Below, in pieces: positions 11,697-25,007 of a stretch of 64,000 nucleotides of DNA. How positions within the stretch are numbered: the first letter of the stretch is position 1; each line of letters starts with the position of its first letter. The notes below the pieces were generated by a model. That model saw only the letters and a program-made list of their open reading frames with translations. It did no database searches and had not been told where the DNA came from. The position numbers and the translations under genes are program-made. Source of the DNA: Phoronis australis (taxonomy: Eukaryota; Animalia; Phoronida); contig NMRA01000066.1 in NCBI GenBank assembly GCA_002633005.1, positions 893,912 to 957,911 on the forward strand, read 5' to 3'.

Positions 11697-14611
11697 CAAG
11701 CGTGTCCCCGGTGATGTGCACAACCAGGTCAAGAAGACGCTGCAGGATATGATGAAGAGGCACAGTAACTTTCGGAGCATTCTCGCCAGCAGGAATGTCA
11801 GCTACGTCCCCGTTGGCCCCAGTTTTATTGACCAGGTACTTTAAGCAGACAAGAGTAGTGGACTTGTATGCAAAGTGGTTACAGGCAAATGTCCTTATTA
11901 ATAGCTCTAAAATCATTTTAGTTAACTATGCTAAAAAAACTTACAACCTTTTCCATGGCAGAAAAATATATTCCTCATCAGGATTTTCAGGCTAAAACCA
12001 TAGATAGGAAGGAAATGTTTTATCAACTGATCTAAGATGTAGGGTTGTGGCAGGGCTTACTGACTTGGATTTTGCCAAAAGAAGAACCTGGGAACACAAA
12101 GTAATTTGACTGAACGTCTCTTATAGGATTCGTTTTATTGACTACAGTGGCGGATCTAGGATATCACAAGGGGGGGGGGCAACTTTTTGTCCGGCTGTAA
12201 GCATTTGCTCAAACTGAACCACGATTGTAGATAGGCATAGCACCGAAGTGGGGGGAGGTCGGGAGGGGGGCAAACCCCCCTCCCGCCCAAGAAATTTTTC
12301 TGTTTTTANNNNNNNNNNNNNNNNNNNNNNNNNNNNNNNNNNNNNNNNNNNNNNNNNNNNNNNNNNNNNNNNNNNNNNNNNNNNNNNNNNNNNNNNNNNN
12401 NNNNNNNNNNNNNNNNNNNNNNNNNNNNNNNNNNNNNNNNNNNNNNNNNNNNNNNNNNNNNNNNNNNNNNNNNNNNNNNNNNNNNNNNNNNNNNNNNNNN
12501 NNNNNNNNNNNNNNNNNNNNNNNNNNNNNNNNNNNNNNNNNNNNNNNNNNNNNNNNNNNNNNNNNNNNNNNNNNNNNNNNNNNNNNNNNNNNNNNNNNNN
12601 NNNNNNNNNNNNNNNNCCCCCCCCCCAACACTAAAACTGAAAACATTTAAATCTTTTTTTATCCGTATAATTTTAATTACCGGGGTTAATTAATAAATTC
12701 AACATTTCCCTACGCTCTTATTGTTTTATTTTTTGCGGCAGCCAAGGGGGGGAGGCCCGGGCCCCCTGGGCCCCCCCCTAAATCCGCCTATGGACTAGGT
12801 ATATTGTGATATTCATCAGTCAGTGTTCTGCTCTCCCGTTGTCTCTCAATTCTGAGTTGTTAACTGGTGTTGCGGTGAAGACCCCTAATTCATTAGAGGT
12901 TACCTGCTTGCCTTCTATTTCAATTGTTTGTCGATTATAAAACCGAATTGGCATTCAGCCTTCATTTGTCACAAGTAACAATGCAACCTGTAACGTTGTC
13001 ATTTCTGCGCCACGTAGGAGACGATACACCGCTGGGAACTGGTGGCACTGAACAGTTAGGCTGCGGCCGCGGCCAATTTGCACCCCCAAAATATTAAAAT
13101 TTTGGGGTAGGCCAAGTTTGGGGGCATTTTGTCAATAGGCACTGCATGTACATGTACGCTCAGTGAATGTGGTTTGTTTGTATTTGCGAACAAGCTGAGA
13201 ATGAAAAAGGCCCACTTTCTCAGCTGTAGTTATACCGTATAACTACAGCTTGAGGCTCAAGATGGTGGCCCCATGTTGCAATTGTGCATTGATGTGTAGC
13301 AACTGAGAAATTTGTCGCGATTTCAGGTAGCCAGATTTGCAAAAAAAAAACTAGTTGGTTAACAGTACTTTTGGACCACATTTTTGGAATCGTTAGGAAA
13401 TTTGCTTTCGGAATCTAATGTTGGTTTAGTAGAGCATTGGCAGGGAAGTAGTGGTTTTGGGTGAAAAGTGCCGATTTTGCATTTTTTGCCCTTTTTTTTC
13501 TTAGTCTGACTTGTGCTCATCTGTAGGGCTTGTGATGTGAAATGACTCAAAACTGTTCTTTATTTGCGTTGCAGTTTTTGTCAGAGTGAAGAAAGTGTGA
13601 AGAGTCAATTGACGTGTGTTGTGACAGGCAAACCCCTGTGAGAACTGCTCAGTAGTGCCTCCACTGGAGCATATCAAAGACAGACTGGACCTTCTTGATG
13701 AGAATCAGCAACGGCAGTTTGACGAATTCCACACAGTGGCCACGAGCACCCGGAAACCAGTGGCCGACGTGGAGTATAATGTTACGTGTGCAGAGAGAGG
13801 AGACGGTGATTGTCTGCACGTGGCTTCAAAAACGTGTTCTTTACTTTCTGCCATTTTTGTTTTCTTGTACCCTCTACTGTTAAAGTGGCTGTATCACTCT
13901 CGGGTGTAATGTGATAATCATCTGTTGGAGTAAAGCACGTACTCAGGTGGCTTTTCTTTTGTTATTCTGAGCAATGTGAAACCACTTGCATAATTATGCA
14001 AATTAAGGACGAGATCAGGCCTTGTTCCACAGATAGGAAGACATCGCCATGCATTACAAAGGAAACACGTTACACAGGCTTAGACTGCAAAATCATACCT
14101 CCTACCAAACGCAGTCCGGCCTGAAACGGGGCTCATTTTCAATAATTATGTTCACATGAAGCATGGTTTTTGCGTTGAAGCTTTCTGTTCCGAACTGTCA
14201 TTGACAAGTAATTGTTAAATTGTTTACCGTTTGTCGAGTAAGTATGTGACAGCCTCTTCAGCATTGGGGGACGCTATGTGTTTCTTACTGCCTTTTTATG
14301 TTACAGCACATTTTCTCTGTCTATGTGCCTTTATGTGTTTGTTAGCCTTGATTTACATATTGTCTTTGTGTTTCTTGTCTTTCTCTGTCTTTCCAGTTTT
14401 CTTACCCTTTGTCTTATTCCATGAGTGTCTATAAACATGATTTGTGACATGCTCTACATCTGTGTATGTGTTACAGTACAGTGCAGGTCACTAATATTTT
14501 GTCAAACAGGTGGCAGTGTGACGGCACCCGGACGTGTGGAAGTTAGCTTGGGGGGTCAGTCACCCAGTGAAGCGGGTTATCCTTCAGTCCTACTGCAGCT
14601 GTCCGGCCACT
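11697..14611 (+). CDS. Three phase-compatible candidate exons of an unknown gene or gene relic (start and end unresolved)
   Basis: 11697-11835 KRVPGDVHNQVKKTLQDMMKRHSNFRSILASRNVSYVPVGPSFIDQ (phase 2->0); 13628-13805 ANPCENCSVVPPLEHIKDRLDLLDENQQRQFDEF... (0->1); 14510-14611 GGSVTAPGRVEVSLGGQSPSEAGYPSVLLQLSGH (1->1). All are GC-richer than their flanks and bounded by CAG/GT. Confidence 0.4.
12145..12792. mobile_element. Same DNA transposon family, interrupted by an assembly gap
   Basis: Same termini as 21422-22426; TSD GACTA on both sides; interior is an N-run. Confidence 0.8.
12309..12616. other. Assembly gap
   Basis: Run of N. Confidence 1.
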
Positions 14612-14626
14612 GTATGTTTGATACAA

Positions 14627-16331
14627 TAGTTGCGGCAAGATGCCGTCATCGCTGTCCGTCCATCCGGCGTCTGTCCGGCGTCTGCTGCTCTATCTTCAAA
14701 ACCGGTTGACGTATATTCATGAAATTTTGCACATGTGTCCCTTTTATACATGTAGATGGGACGGCAAAGGCGAAGTTTTGGACGGATCCGAGAATTGGTG
14801 TGCCCCCTAGCGGCAATATTAGTTTTTTACGTTTATCTCTGTATCTTAAAAGGTCTTTAACATGTTTTCAAAAGATTTAGTATATAGGCATCTATAAGTG
14901 CGACGATAATATCCTCGAGCTCACGTTTTCGGATGGATTCGACGTACTTTGCGCCACCTAGTGGCCATTTGTACTGTTTTCGAGTCTGTTTTTTAGCGTC
15001 CACCCCTCTATCAACTAAACCGCTCAAAGCATGATTGTGAAAATTGGCATGTATGTTCTTACTGTGAAGAAGACGGTTGACGATGATATTCCTACGACTT
15101 CGACAACTGTGGCGCCTCCGAGTGGCCAATTTTGTTTTTTGCGCGTATGGCTATATCCCTTAAACCATTCACAGGATCTTTACTAAATTTAGTAAGTGCA
15201 TTTACATTATGGATGATGAAAACACACGTGGACGACTTTCGGACAGATCTGACTACTGGTGTGCCACCTAGTGGCAATTTTATTTTTTTACATTTACCTT
15301 TGTATCTTCAAAGGTCCTCAACTTATTTTAATAAAATTTGGTGTACGGGTTTCTGTTAGTGAGGTGACGCTATCTTTCCGTTTTCAGATGGATTCGACCT
15401 AGTTTGCGCCACCTAGTGGTCATATTTACTGTTTTTGAGTCTGTTTCTTGGTGTCCACTCCTCTATCAACCAAACCGCTTTCAGGATAATTGTGAAAATT
15501 AGAATGTATGTTTTTACTATGAAGTGATGGGTGACGATGATTTTCTGATTACTTCGACTACTGTGGCGTCTTCTAGTGGCAATTTCGTTTTTTTCGACCA
15601 CGGCTGTTGTTTATATTACGTTGACAACGGACGACAAGGATTTTCGAATGGATCTGACTCCTGTGTGCCCCCTGGTGGGAATTTTAGTTTTACATGTACA
15701 TTTACCTCTGTATCAACGGATTTTCATAAAATTTTGAATACGGTTATCTATTGGTGAGACGACGCTATCCTGCCGCTTTCGCATGGAATAAAGATATTTT
15801 GCGCCACCTAGTAGCCATTTTTGCTGTTTTCGAGTCTATTTTGGAGTCTGTGCCTCCATCAATCAAATCATTCTAAGGATGGATTTGAAATTTGGCGTAT
15901 ATGTTCTCAGTGTGAAGAGTACCGTTGACCATGACAACTTTGACTACTGTGGCTCCTCCTAGTGGTAGTTTTGTTTTGTTTGGTTTTACGCCCATAGCTG
16001 TATCTCCTAAACCCACTGCAGGATCTTTATTAAATTTAATTAGTAAGTATATTTATATAAAGCTAACAACAGACAATGACGACTTTCCGGCTAATCCAAT
16101 GAACAGTGCTCCCCCCATGTGGCAATTTCATTTTATTCTATTTTTCTTTGTTTCTCTGAAGTTCCATGACGGATTTCTATGAATTTTGGTGTATAGCTTT
16201 CCACTTAAGAAGGAATGACATGTTCTCGAATTTGGATGGATTGTACGCTTTTGCGCCATCGAGTGGCCATTTTTATGACACAAATAAACAATCCTAAAAG
16301 CGTTTGCGATGCATTCGTGGACGCATTTCTA
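14627..16331 (+). mobile_element. Helentron/DINE-like non-autonomous element with internal tandem repeats
   Basis: 5' hairpin CGGCAagaTGCCG, GTCC/GTCT microsatellite-like tract, TTCATGAAATTTTGCACA core, internal ~150-bp subunits in a ~450-bp higher-order repeat, 3' GCGATG complementary to 5' CATCGC. The family assignment is inference. Confidence 0.6.
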
Positions 16332-19300
16332 CGCTCCGCGTTGTTCTTCTTCTTCTTGTCTCCGTGCAATTGTAGAAAATTTCGTGATGACCGGGACTTG
16401 ACCCCGGGTTGCACGAGCGACAGTGAAGCATCTAAACCATTCGGCCAAGAGGCACTTGGCAAGCGCCTTAGAGAGGCTTTATCTAACTGTACGTGTCGTG
16501 ACAACCGGAAGTCACGCTTCACAACACAATGAACTATACTCCTAACTCCTGGTATTGCTCATTGCTCCGTGTGACATCGACAACTCCCTTATTGCATGCA
16601 TTAACATCCAGCAGTGATGGATGTTTGAAATTCCGGGATTATTGTCTTCCTCAGCCATTATATGGGTCCCAACTGGTTAATGTGACTATGCCTAATCGGT
16701 CCGTCAGGCATCACCTTTACTCTGACGGAACGTGATCCTAAAACTTGTGATACAATGGCGGGTACCCATCTTGGATCCCTGCCCTCCTGGGCACCAAAGC
16801 ACAATGTATAAGCGTGGCATACCAACTCTACTTGGGAATCTTAGATACCGCTACCTCGGACTTAGAAGTTTTGGTATCGGAAGATCTCTCGTCATTCCAT
16901 TGCAGAAGCATTTAGTCGTTTACCATGTGGTAACGATCCGCACTTCGACAGGGAGGAAGAGCAAGCTGGCGTGAAGATTGTTTGTTTTGTTATTGACAAG
17001 CATCCAATTAAATCCTGCCAACCACCTTAAATGTTATGTTTTAGAAGAATGGACGACGATGTTGTCAAAGAAAGTATATATTTTGGAGCCTAAAAACGAC
17101 ATCATAAACTCCATGTATGACATCATAGATGATATATGATATATGACAATACTACGAAACTCACGAAGTCTTGCTTTTAAGCGAGTTCCTAGCACTGAAC
17201 TCTACCCTGGTGTCGACTTGACTTTGATGGTTGAGACTAACGCCAGCAGGTTGGAAAGGTCTAACACAACAGCGCTATCTGCCTGAATGGAGTATTTCCC
17301 ACCTTAACAAGCGCGCTTCATGAATCTGGTGAGAGTAGAAAATGCCAAACCTAATTTCGAGTTTCATTTCGAGTAAAAAGATTGGAGACCGGGCCCTGGT
17401 CTGATGGCGCATTAACACACTGCCACTTCTCAATTCATCATTTTTAATCTGAGTAATGAATAAGATGGCGTCGATTTTATAACAGTAAATGGCCAAAGGT
17501 TGGTTATTTCAGAGAAGTCGCGGGTTCCTAGTTATCACCCCTTTAAGCACAACACATTGTGACATTAGAAATATTTGAGCTTAATTGAAATGCACCACAA
17601 ATAAATTGATATTAAGGCATCAGAATGTTTTTCGTTTCGTTTACGTTCAACGTGAAGGTAGCTGAAACGATACATTGGTGTAGGTAGCCGAGAATTGGGA
17701 TGGGGTTGGGGCGTGTGCCTCCATATCATTAAAACAGACGGAAGATAAAACTAACGAAAAGAAAGTTGACATAGCCGGGGAAAGTCCGTGATGGTCGGGG
17801 AGTATAGCTCGTGTCGACAGCCGTGTTATTGGTGATGTCGAAGCCCAAATAGATCTCTAGTAGTGAGTACGTTTCGACGTCGTAACCCAAGGCAAGTGAA
17901 ATTTATGTCCCAAGTGGCAGACTACCGTTGAAATCCAAATAATGTGCTATTGTTTTACAGTAAGCAGATCTCTGCGAACTACCCCTTTCCAATAGTTAGT
18001 CGTATTATTAACGAGCACAAAAGGGTTTCGACTTTTGCTTGGTGTAGGATCATTTTCCATGCGTTCAACGTTTGGCTTGTGGTCGCACAAGATAAAGGCT
18101 GCGTCGGTATCACCACCCAGACTATATGTTTTATTATTTAATTGCACGTCCCTCCTTGATGACTATCGGTCTTCAAATATATTTACCAGGAACTTAATAA
18201 AGCTCACCTTTTTGCAACCCAAAACCAAACAGTATTAGCATGGGGCGGTTGGTAAATGAACTGGACACGTCGGGGAAATAAACTGAGTTGACGTCTATAA
18301 AAATAATTCTATTAAAAATCAACAGAAATGCTTCACTTGATAGGTTTGTATAAATTTGTGTTCTTAGAAAGACTCAACACTTCGTGGTTCAAAATCCTTT
18401 TTTTCGGGCAGACCAGTGCTTGCCGCCCTGTTTCAATATAAAGCTTGTACATTTCACCAGATAGGAGTCTAAGCAGTGGTATTTCTCGCATTTTAGTCGA
18501 ATTATCAATAACAGGGTGTCAATTTTGTACGTCACAATCAATTAGACTCTGACGTACGGTTAGAGATTTGTAAGATATCTATATTGAACTATGGCTCACC
18601 GGCCGGTCAAGCCCACTGAAACTAACTAATCAAACTGGAGAGCATATTATTTGATTTGAAGCTAACAAATCACAAGGAGCATGCATCCCATCGTTTAGAG
18701 GTTCGTCAGAAAGATCCCGTGCGGGTTTACAGGTTACATGTATATCGGTAACATCGAGATCGCAGATTTCAAACATGAATAATTCTTGTCAACGGTGGTG
18801 AATCTTCACCGCGTTGAAGCAACGAATGAGATACATTGGTACATTACCAATACGTGTAAGTATTACAAAACAAACTAATAGATTCCAACCGATAGTGTAG
18901 ACTAAAGATGATTTTCAAAGACGATAAAGTTGTATGAGGCGTTAACAAATTTGGGTGCCGGATGGTAGGCACGCGTTCTGTAACAGAGGGTGACAAGACG
19001 CGGGTATCGGCTGACACCAGGTGGTGAGGCTGTCTCGTCAACGAGTCGGCTCACTAAGGACAAGACCTGCTAAACAACTTCTGATGGAAATCGACATTTC
19101 CTGAATCCGTAAAAAGTAAATAAAGCTTTGTAAGAAGGCCGTTTAAAATCGAAATTGAAAGCATTTGAAACTTTAAAGAGGAAAATCACCTTGGAAACGA
19201 AACACGTCACACTAATTTGCTTGAACAATGAGCTTTTAGCAACGTCATTATCATCATAATTGAGTGACGTCACGTTTACTTTTGAATCGTCTGGTCAAGA

Positions 19301-19344
19301 CATTGAAACATATTTCGCGGGACACTTGATTTGAAGAGTGCACG

Positions 19345-22300
19345 ATGGACAGAAGAGTAGACTATGATTATGAAGAAATGGATGTGGAAGACGTCCTTAC
19401 ATTGATGAATAATAAAGTGGAGGAAATTAACTGGAGGAAGAGGTAAGCAGAGTCGAATTAAAGTTCCATTACATGTCTATATCTTTAAACTTGTCTGAAT
19501 ACAATTCAAAAGACGAGCTGATCGATACTAGTGTCAAGCAGTCATGGGAAAGAAAATTCAACAAAATTTTACCATTTTTAAATTGTGACGGAACAACCCA
19601 CTTCGTGAATGAGTACAACAGCATGAGGCCAGGTTACCCATCAATTTCAATAGAGGGGACTTAAGGTTTATTCATTTATATTTCGAACGGGCATTCAGCG
19701 AAAAACAGTTTATATGTTTATTTAAAATGTTTTTGTAGATCGCAGAAGCAACTGAGTAAGATCCACAAGGTGGAGGCAAAAATTATGAGCGATATAGAAA
19801 CGGCGCTAATGAAGTTGAGTGGCTGTGTTGAAGAAAAGCGAGCAAAGATATTTAAAGGTTCCAGACCTTATTGTAAGTACATTGTGTTGTCTTGTTCTTA
19901 GCCGGATAAGAGGCCTTAGTCCCGCTTGCTTCGAGTAGAAAGAGATAACGCGGCGTACAATAATTATTTTATAGGGCGTTCTGTGGAAACTGTCAATAAA
20001 ATCCCGTACGCCTTTGTCACGAATCAATTCATTCTTCTGTTACAGGCCAAGCATATGAATCCGTGCAGCAGTATGTTGACGACAGAAAAAAGGCAATATC
20101 TGGTCTACTTTCGGATGTGAAGACCATGAGGATGGAAGCTGAAAAGAAAGAAAAAATCCTCAGAGAGTAGGTTGTCCTCTGGCTCGTTAAGATGAGGATT
20201 GGCTGAACAATATGCATTTTTAATGGTTTGCACAGACTAGTTGTCATGGCTTGTGTCTTTCATGAAAGTGACCTTTTTATCAGGAATAAGTTTTATAATG
20301 TCCTGTCACCATTTACAAAATTCAGGTTCCTTTTCTACATGTATAGGACACATTTCGTATTAAACCACCGTGACAGCAGACCTATTACTGCAATACGCGG
20401 TGCCAGTGCATTTTGTGCTGTGTACATGTACGATATTAAGTGGGCATTTTTTTCTTCCAGGAGCGCAAAAGCAATGGATACGGGAGAGATTAGGGCAAAC
20501 GAAGTGGTGGAGAGGAAAGCTAAGCACGCGATATGCCAGGTCGAAGTCTTGAATGTACGAATACAGTGTGCAACTTAAGTACTTTTTCCTTTTACACTGA
20601 AATCTACTATTTTATTGTTTCCCAGCATTCAACTCAAAATGTATGTGAATCAAAATGTTCTGAGACGACGTAATTAGTTCACTATTTTTCACCGAGTGAT
20701 ATCTTTTCTTTTAGAACAAGAACAATGTCAACGATAAAAAACTTAATGTTAAGAAATGGCGTAGCAGAAAGCCGAAATCAACACCAGATGTCGACACCCT
20801 AAAACAGAAATATATCAAGGTTTGTGATTTTGGTGATATGCTGTTCACTAACGTAAGCTGTTTCATTTTGTAGCCATAATCACGGACACCGAGGTAGCGA
20901 ACATAGTCGTCGTCTTTGTGTTTAGCGTCGTCCTACGTGTTTCCTAAACATCTGTGTACATTTGGTAATTCAGTATACTAGTGTTTGGCACGCCTTGTTT
21001 CATTAACACCACAAGTAGTCATGCGCGTGTGAAATTGTGCACGACTTATTTCTATTAAAACTAGCTTCGACACAATGAACAAGAAGGAACTTTGATGACA
21101 TGCATGTTCCAAGGCAAAACTCAAGGATAGGCGCACAGTGCAACTTCATCAAAAAATCCAGTTGATCAAGAATTTAACCTTGCTCTCCATATTTTCTTTA
21201 CAGTGCCACGAAGAAGCCGATTTCTGCTTCAACGCCACTTTGTGGTCTGCGGAAGCTTCGCTCAATGCGGCCAAAGAAGTCACGCAGGATTTCGCGTTGG
21301 AGAGGTGAGCCAAGTTTTTAGGCAAAATTTGTTTTTCAAACCGATCTGTCTTTTTGATCCTTGCTCAGGGCATTTATATGTAAGTTAACAGAACCCTAAG
21401 CAGCACATAAAGGAGCCGTAGCAGTGGCGGATCTAGGATATCACAAGGGGGGCCCAACATTTTGTCCGGCTGTAAGCACTTGCTCAAACCACGATTGTAG
21501 ATGCGCATAGCTGCACCGAATGGGGGAAGGTTGGAGAAAAATTTCCTGGGTGGGAGGGGGGTTTGTTTTTTCCTATAAAAATCAAGCATTTTCATTGATT
21601 CCTGAAGTATTATCCAAGAAAAAAGGCAAAAACAAACGGAGAACGTGTCAAACGGGAAAAACTGCCAGTACCACAGACTCGAACTCACGACCAGGCGGAT
21701 AGAGCGCGCGTGCTCTACCACTACGCCACCACGATTTAGCAACTAGTTATAAAGTAAGAGACCTACTTCTTTATGGTCCACAGCGTTTGCGCGCGAAACC
21801 TACTTCTTTTTGTAATGCTTATTACACGTTTTATATTTTGTGCAATCGGTTTTTAAAAAAATTGTTGTATTTAAAATAGTCTTCAAATGCCCAAAAGACC
21901 AAATCCGTTTTTCGTGTTGGCAATTATGACGGGTTGCTTTGGAAATCGTCTTAAGTTAAGGTTTGACAAAGAGAGAATTATGAATTTCTGAGTGATTCAC
22001 TAAGGCTTCGATTAAAATTCACATCTTACCAGCAGCTTCTGTTTTTTTCATCATCACTCAGGATCAATTTTCTTTAAAAAATGAAGTAAATTTTGTTCAT
22101 TGCACAGTGGAGCAGACGACGGAAACTTAGACGGAGTCGTAGTGCGCAGCGCCACTACCGGTCACCCGGGATATCGCGGGAGAGCCCATTCTTAGCCATA
22201 GTTCCGTTACGAATGCGCCGTGTTCCGAATTTGACACTTGAAATTGGATCTGAGCCCCCTCCCCCAAACACTAAAACTGCACACATTTAAATCTTGTTTC

Positions 22301-23446
22301 ATCCGTATAATTTTAATTACCGGGGTTAATTAATAAACTCAACATTTCCCTACGCTCTTGCTGTTTTATTTTTTTGCGGCAGCCAAGGGGGGGGGGCGGG
22401 CCACCTGCCCCCTAAATCCGCCTATGCGTAGAAACTGATGACAATATTCCTCTCATTAAGCCTCAAATATTTTCCCCAGGGCTCCGTATATTAAGCACAA
22501 CTCAAAACAGTGAGCGAGAAGGCACGGCTTTAAGAGGAAAACGAAAGTCATAAAATGACTGGTTTCATAACTGTTTACTTTTCCAGAAATGTAACTTCAG
22601 GAGTACATGTAAATGTAAATCAGTCGTGTTTTGACTAATCGTTTTCTGACTAGCGAAAATCGTGTTGCTTCGGTCATAGCACTATAAAGACCCTAAGATG
22701 TATTCAAATAATGGAGTTTCTATTTAACACATACATGTAGATGTGAGTATTATGCCCCAGATCTCAATTTCCCGGAAATTAGGTGCTAAAACTGATGAAG
22801 CAGTTATATTAGTTTATATTTATATGTGCGTGTGTGTATGTATATGTGCGTGTATGTTGTATTTATAATGTACGTGCTTCTGTTTGTATATTCAGGTATG
22901 TGTTGGTGTATACATGTACCTATACTTGCTGATATGTGCGGATGTATAGATGTATGCATGTATGTATCTTTGTATGTACAAGTGTGTGTATGGAAGTGCT
23001 TGCATGCGTAATTACCTTACCTTTGAAAACTGGCCTCTTTCAGGGGAGTTCAGGGTGTCACCACACCCACACAGATACTGACACCCAAACAAGAAACGGA
23101 GACATTCGTAATTAGTATTGAGCCCAAGGGCAGAATAGACTACAAGTGCTGCTTTGGTGCGCACGACTTCGAAGACTTCACGCATGTCACGTCTTCTAAC
23201 AACACGTCAATTCTGACAAACGCGTCAGCTGGTTTCAGTGAAGATTTGATAAGCATATCCGAGTCCGATATTGATTCGCTCGAAGGAACAGATCTTCGCG
23301 CTCAAGGTGACTCCGCACTGTGTCATCAAAAAGTTGTCTCCAGCCACGCTGGCCCTAATTATTCTCATGGCGAACTCAAGGGAGGCAAAAATGGTTTCGT
23401 GGAAATTTCATTCACAGATCTTCCCGGTGTCATTTTGGACAGTTGA
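19345..23446 (+). CDS. Uncharacterised multi-exon protein (~351 aa): N-terminal helical/coiled-coil region, C-terminal S/T/D-rich tail
   Basis: Exons 19345-19442, 19739-19872, 20046-20166, 20461-20554, 20715-20819 (alternative in-frame donor at 20852), 21204-21304, 23044-23446. All introns GT-AG, every phase compatible, no stops over 1056 nt. In-frame TGA upstream of the ATG, TGACGTCA at 19265, AATAAA at 23767. Optional 30-nt exon at 22480-22509. Confidence 0.75.
21422..22426. mobile_element. Non-autonomous DNA transposon with 5-bp TSD (full copy)
   Basis: Imperfect TIRs CAGTGGCGGATCTAGG / CCTAAATCCGCCTATG; TSD CGTAG on both sides. Lies in an intron of the plus-strand gene. Confidence 0.85.
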
Positions 23447-25007
23447 ACTGGTATTGTCTCAACGACTGCTATAGTTGCTACTCTATTTAAAAAGTGAAAA
23501 AGGTCACAGGAACGCCTGGAAATATAATCTATACTTTACCCTACACTCCCAAAAATAGTCGTAAGAAGACGTCCGTTAGAACAATGTACACGTACACTCA
23601 TGTAAAACATTTGTGTGCAATATGTATTTGCAGAAAGGCATTTATTGACATCGCTGTAATTGTTCACATGTACTGTTCGTACAAGACTTAAAGCAGTTAG
23701 AGGCGTTTCCATGAATCTGGTCTAAAGATTTTAATGTTCTATTACTTGTATATTCAATATCAATTCAATAAATATTAGTCATTAATTGGACGTCATGTCA
23801 TTTGTCGAACCTTTATTGGCGTACATGTACCCAATTGATTGTTTGTAAAGATTTTGAATTTCTCTTGATGTCCAAGCATTTTTCCTTTAGTTTTCAAAAA
23901 AAAAAAACATTATCAGTCGACTGATTGTCACTGCCGATGTTTCTCTCGCGTTTAGGCAATCCACTTCTTTATTTGCTTTGGCAAGACACAGACGTAGCAT
24001 AGGCCTACTTCCAGTATAGATGAAAATTTGATCTTTAATGTAAACAAAACATTGGCGATTTCAAGACGCAACAGTCCTACTTATTTGAGCGCATGCGCAC
24101 ACATGAATTACTAGGGGCGGGGACTTTGAAAACTGTATTGGGATGAAAGGGTATATATTTAGGCCTAGTCTGTATTATAAAAACAGTGAATTTCTTTCTA
24201 GAAATTCTTGCACTATTCACGTTAGCATCCCAAGAGGTAGATTCGCCACGATCAGTTAAAAAGGTATTTTTACGAGTTCTCGCGTTCCCTGCGGCCTCTT
24301 TGGGTTAACTTTATAGCAACCAGACCAAAGTAGCTTCATGTAGCATTGTAAAAATATCTACTCAAAGAGCAACAAGTTTGTAAATAACAACTGTAAATAA
24401 TTATTGTGCGACCCATCAGTAGTATGCTGGGGCACTTATTACGTACTATCAAGGAAGACTTGGCAAGAATTCGCCATTCATCGATTCCAAGCGAAGCACG
24501 TGATCCACCAGTTTGCTTCTCGAGAGTTCTTGCCACGGAACTAAAACCTGGTAAAGGCATTAATGTCTCAGTGAGAGACAACGGGGAGAACTAGTAATTT
24601 GTAACAAAGTCACAGAACACAACGGCTTACGTTGTTTTACAGATTTGGTCAAAGCTGATAATTTCAAGAAGAGTCTACCCATCCAACAGTAACCAAAAAT
24701 GCGTTGTTTGTCGGCAGTAAATTCGATCAGTGATATGGCTTGGTGAAATTGACAAGAACTTAAACTATTCCTTCATAAAACTGTCTTGTATTTGCCTACA
24801 AGAATGCTGCTCTTAACACATCTTATCAAAACACTAAAATGTTATGTTGCAGTTACACCAATGGAAGACTGTCGTACAAATCACTAAAGCGAAATGAAAG
24901 GCGTCTAACAAGGCAACGCCTGTGCTGAAGAGATACATGTAGTACTTCTGTAAGGCAGGTTACTCTCGCGCTGAAACGAGAGCACTGCCGAGTCGTGCGT
25001 TCTGCGA

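Noticed and set aside
12209-12646. Long ORFs in the track
   Set aside because: Artefacts of translating through the N gap (likewise 61468-61777).
17040-19070. Exon-like pieces between the two plus-strand gene candidates
   Set aside because: The joins I tried hit stops and no motif was recognisable. Left unannotated.
21661-21732. tRNA gene (also ~16390-16455)
   Set aside because: A/B-box-like motifs are present but there is no convincing cloverleaf or acceptor stem, and both sit in or beside repeats.
22826-23011. Hydrophobic C/V/Y/M-rich ORF
   Set aside because: Translation of degenerate TG/TA microsatellite inside an intron.
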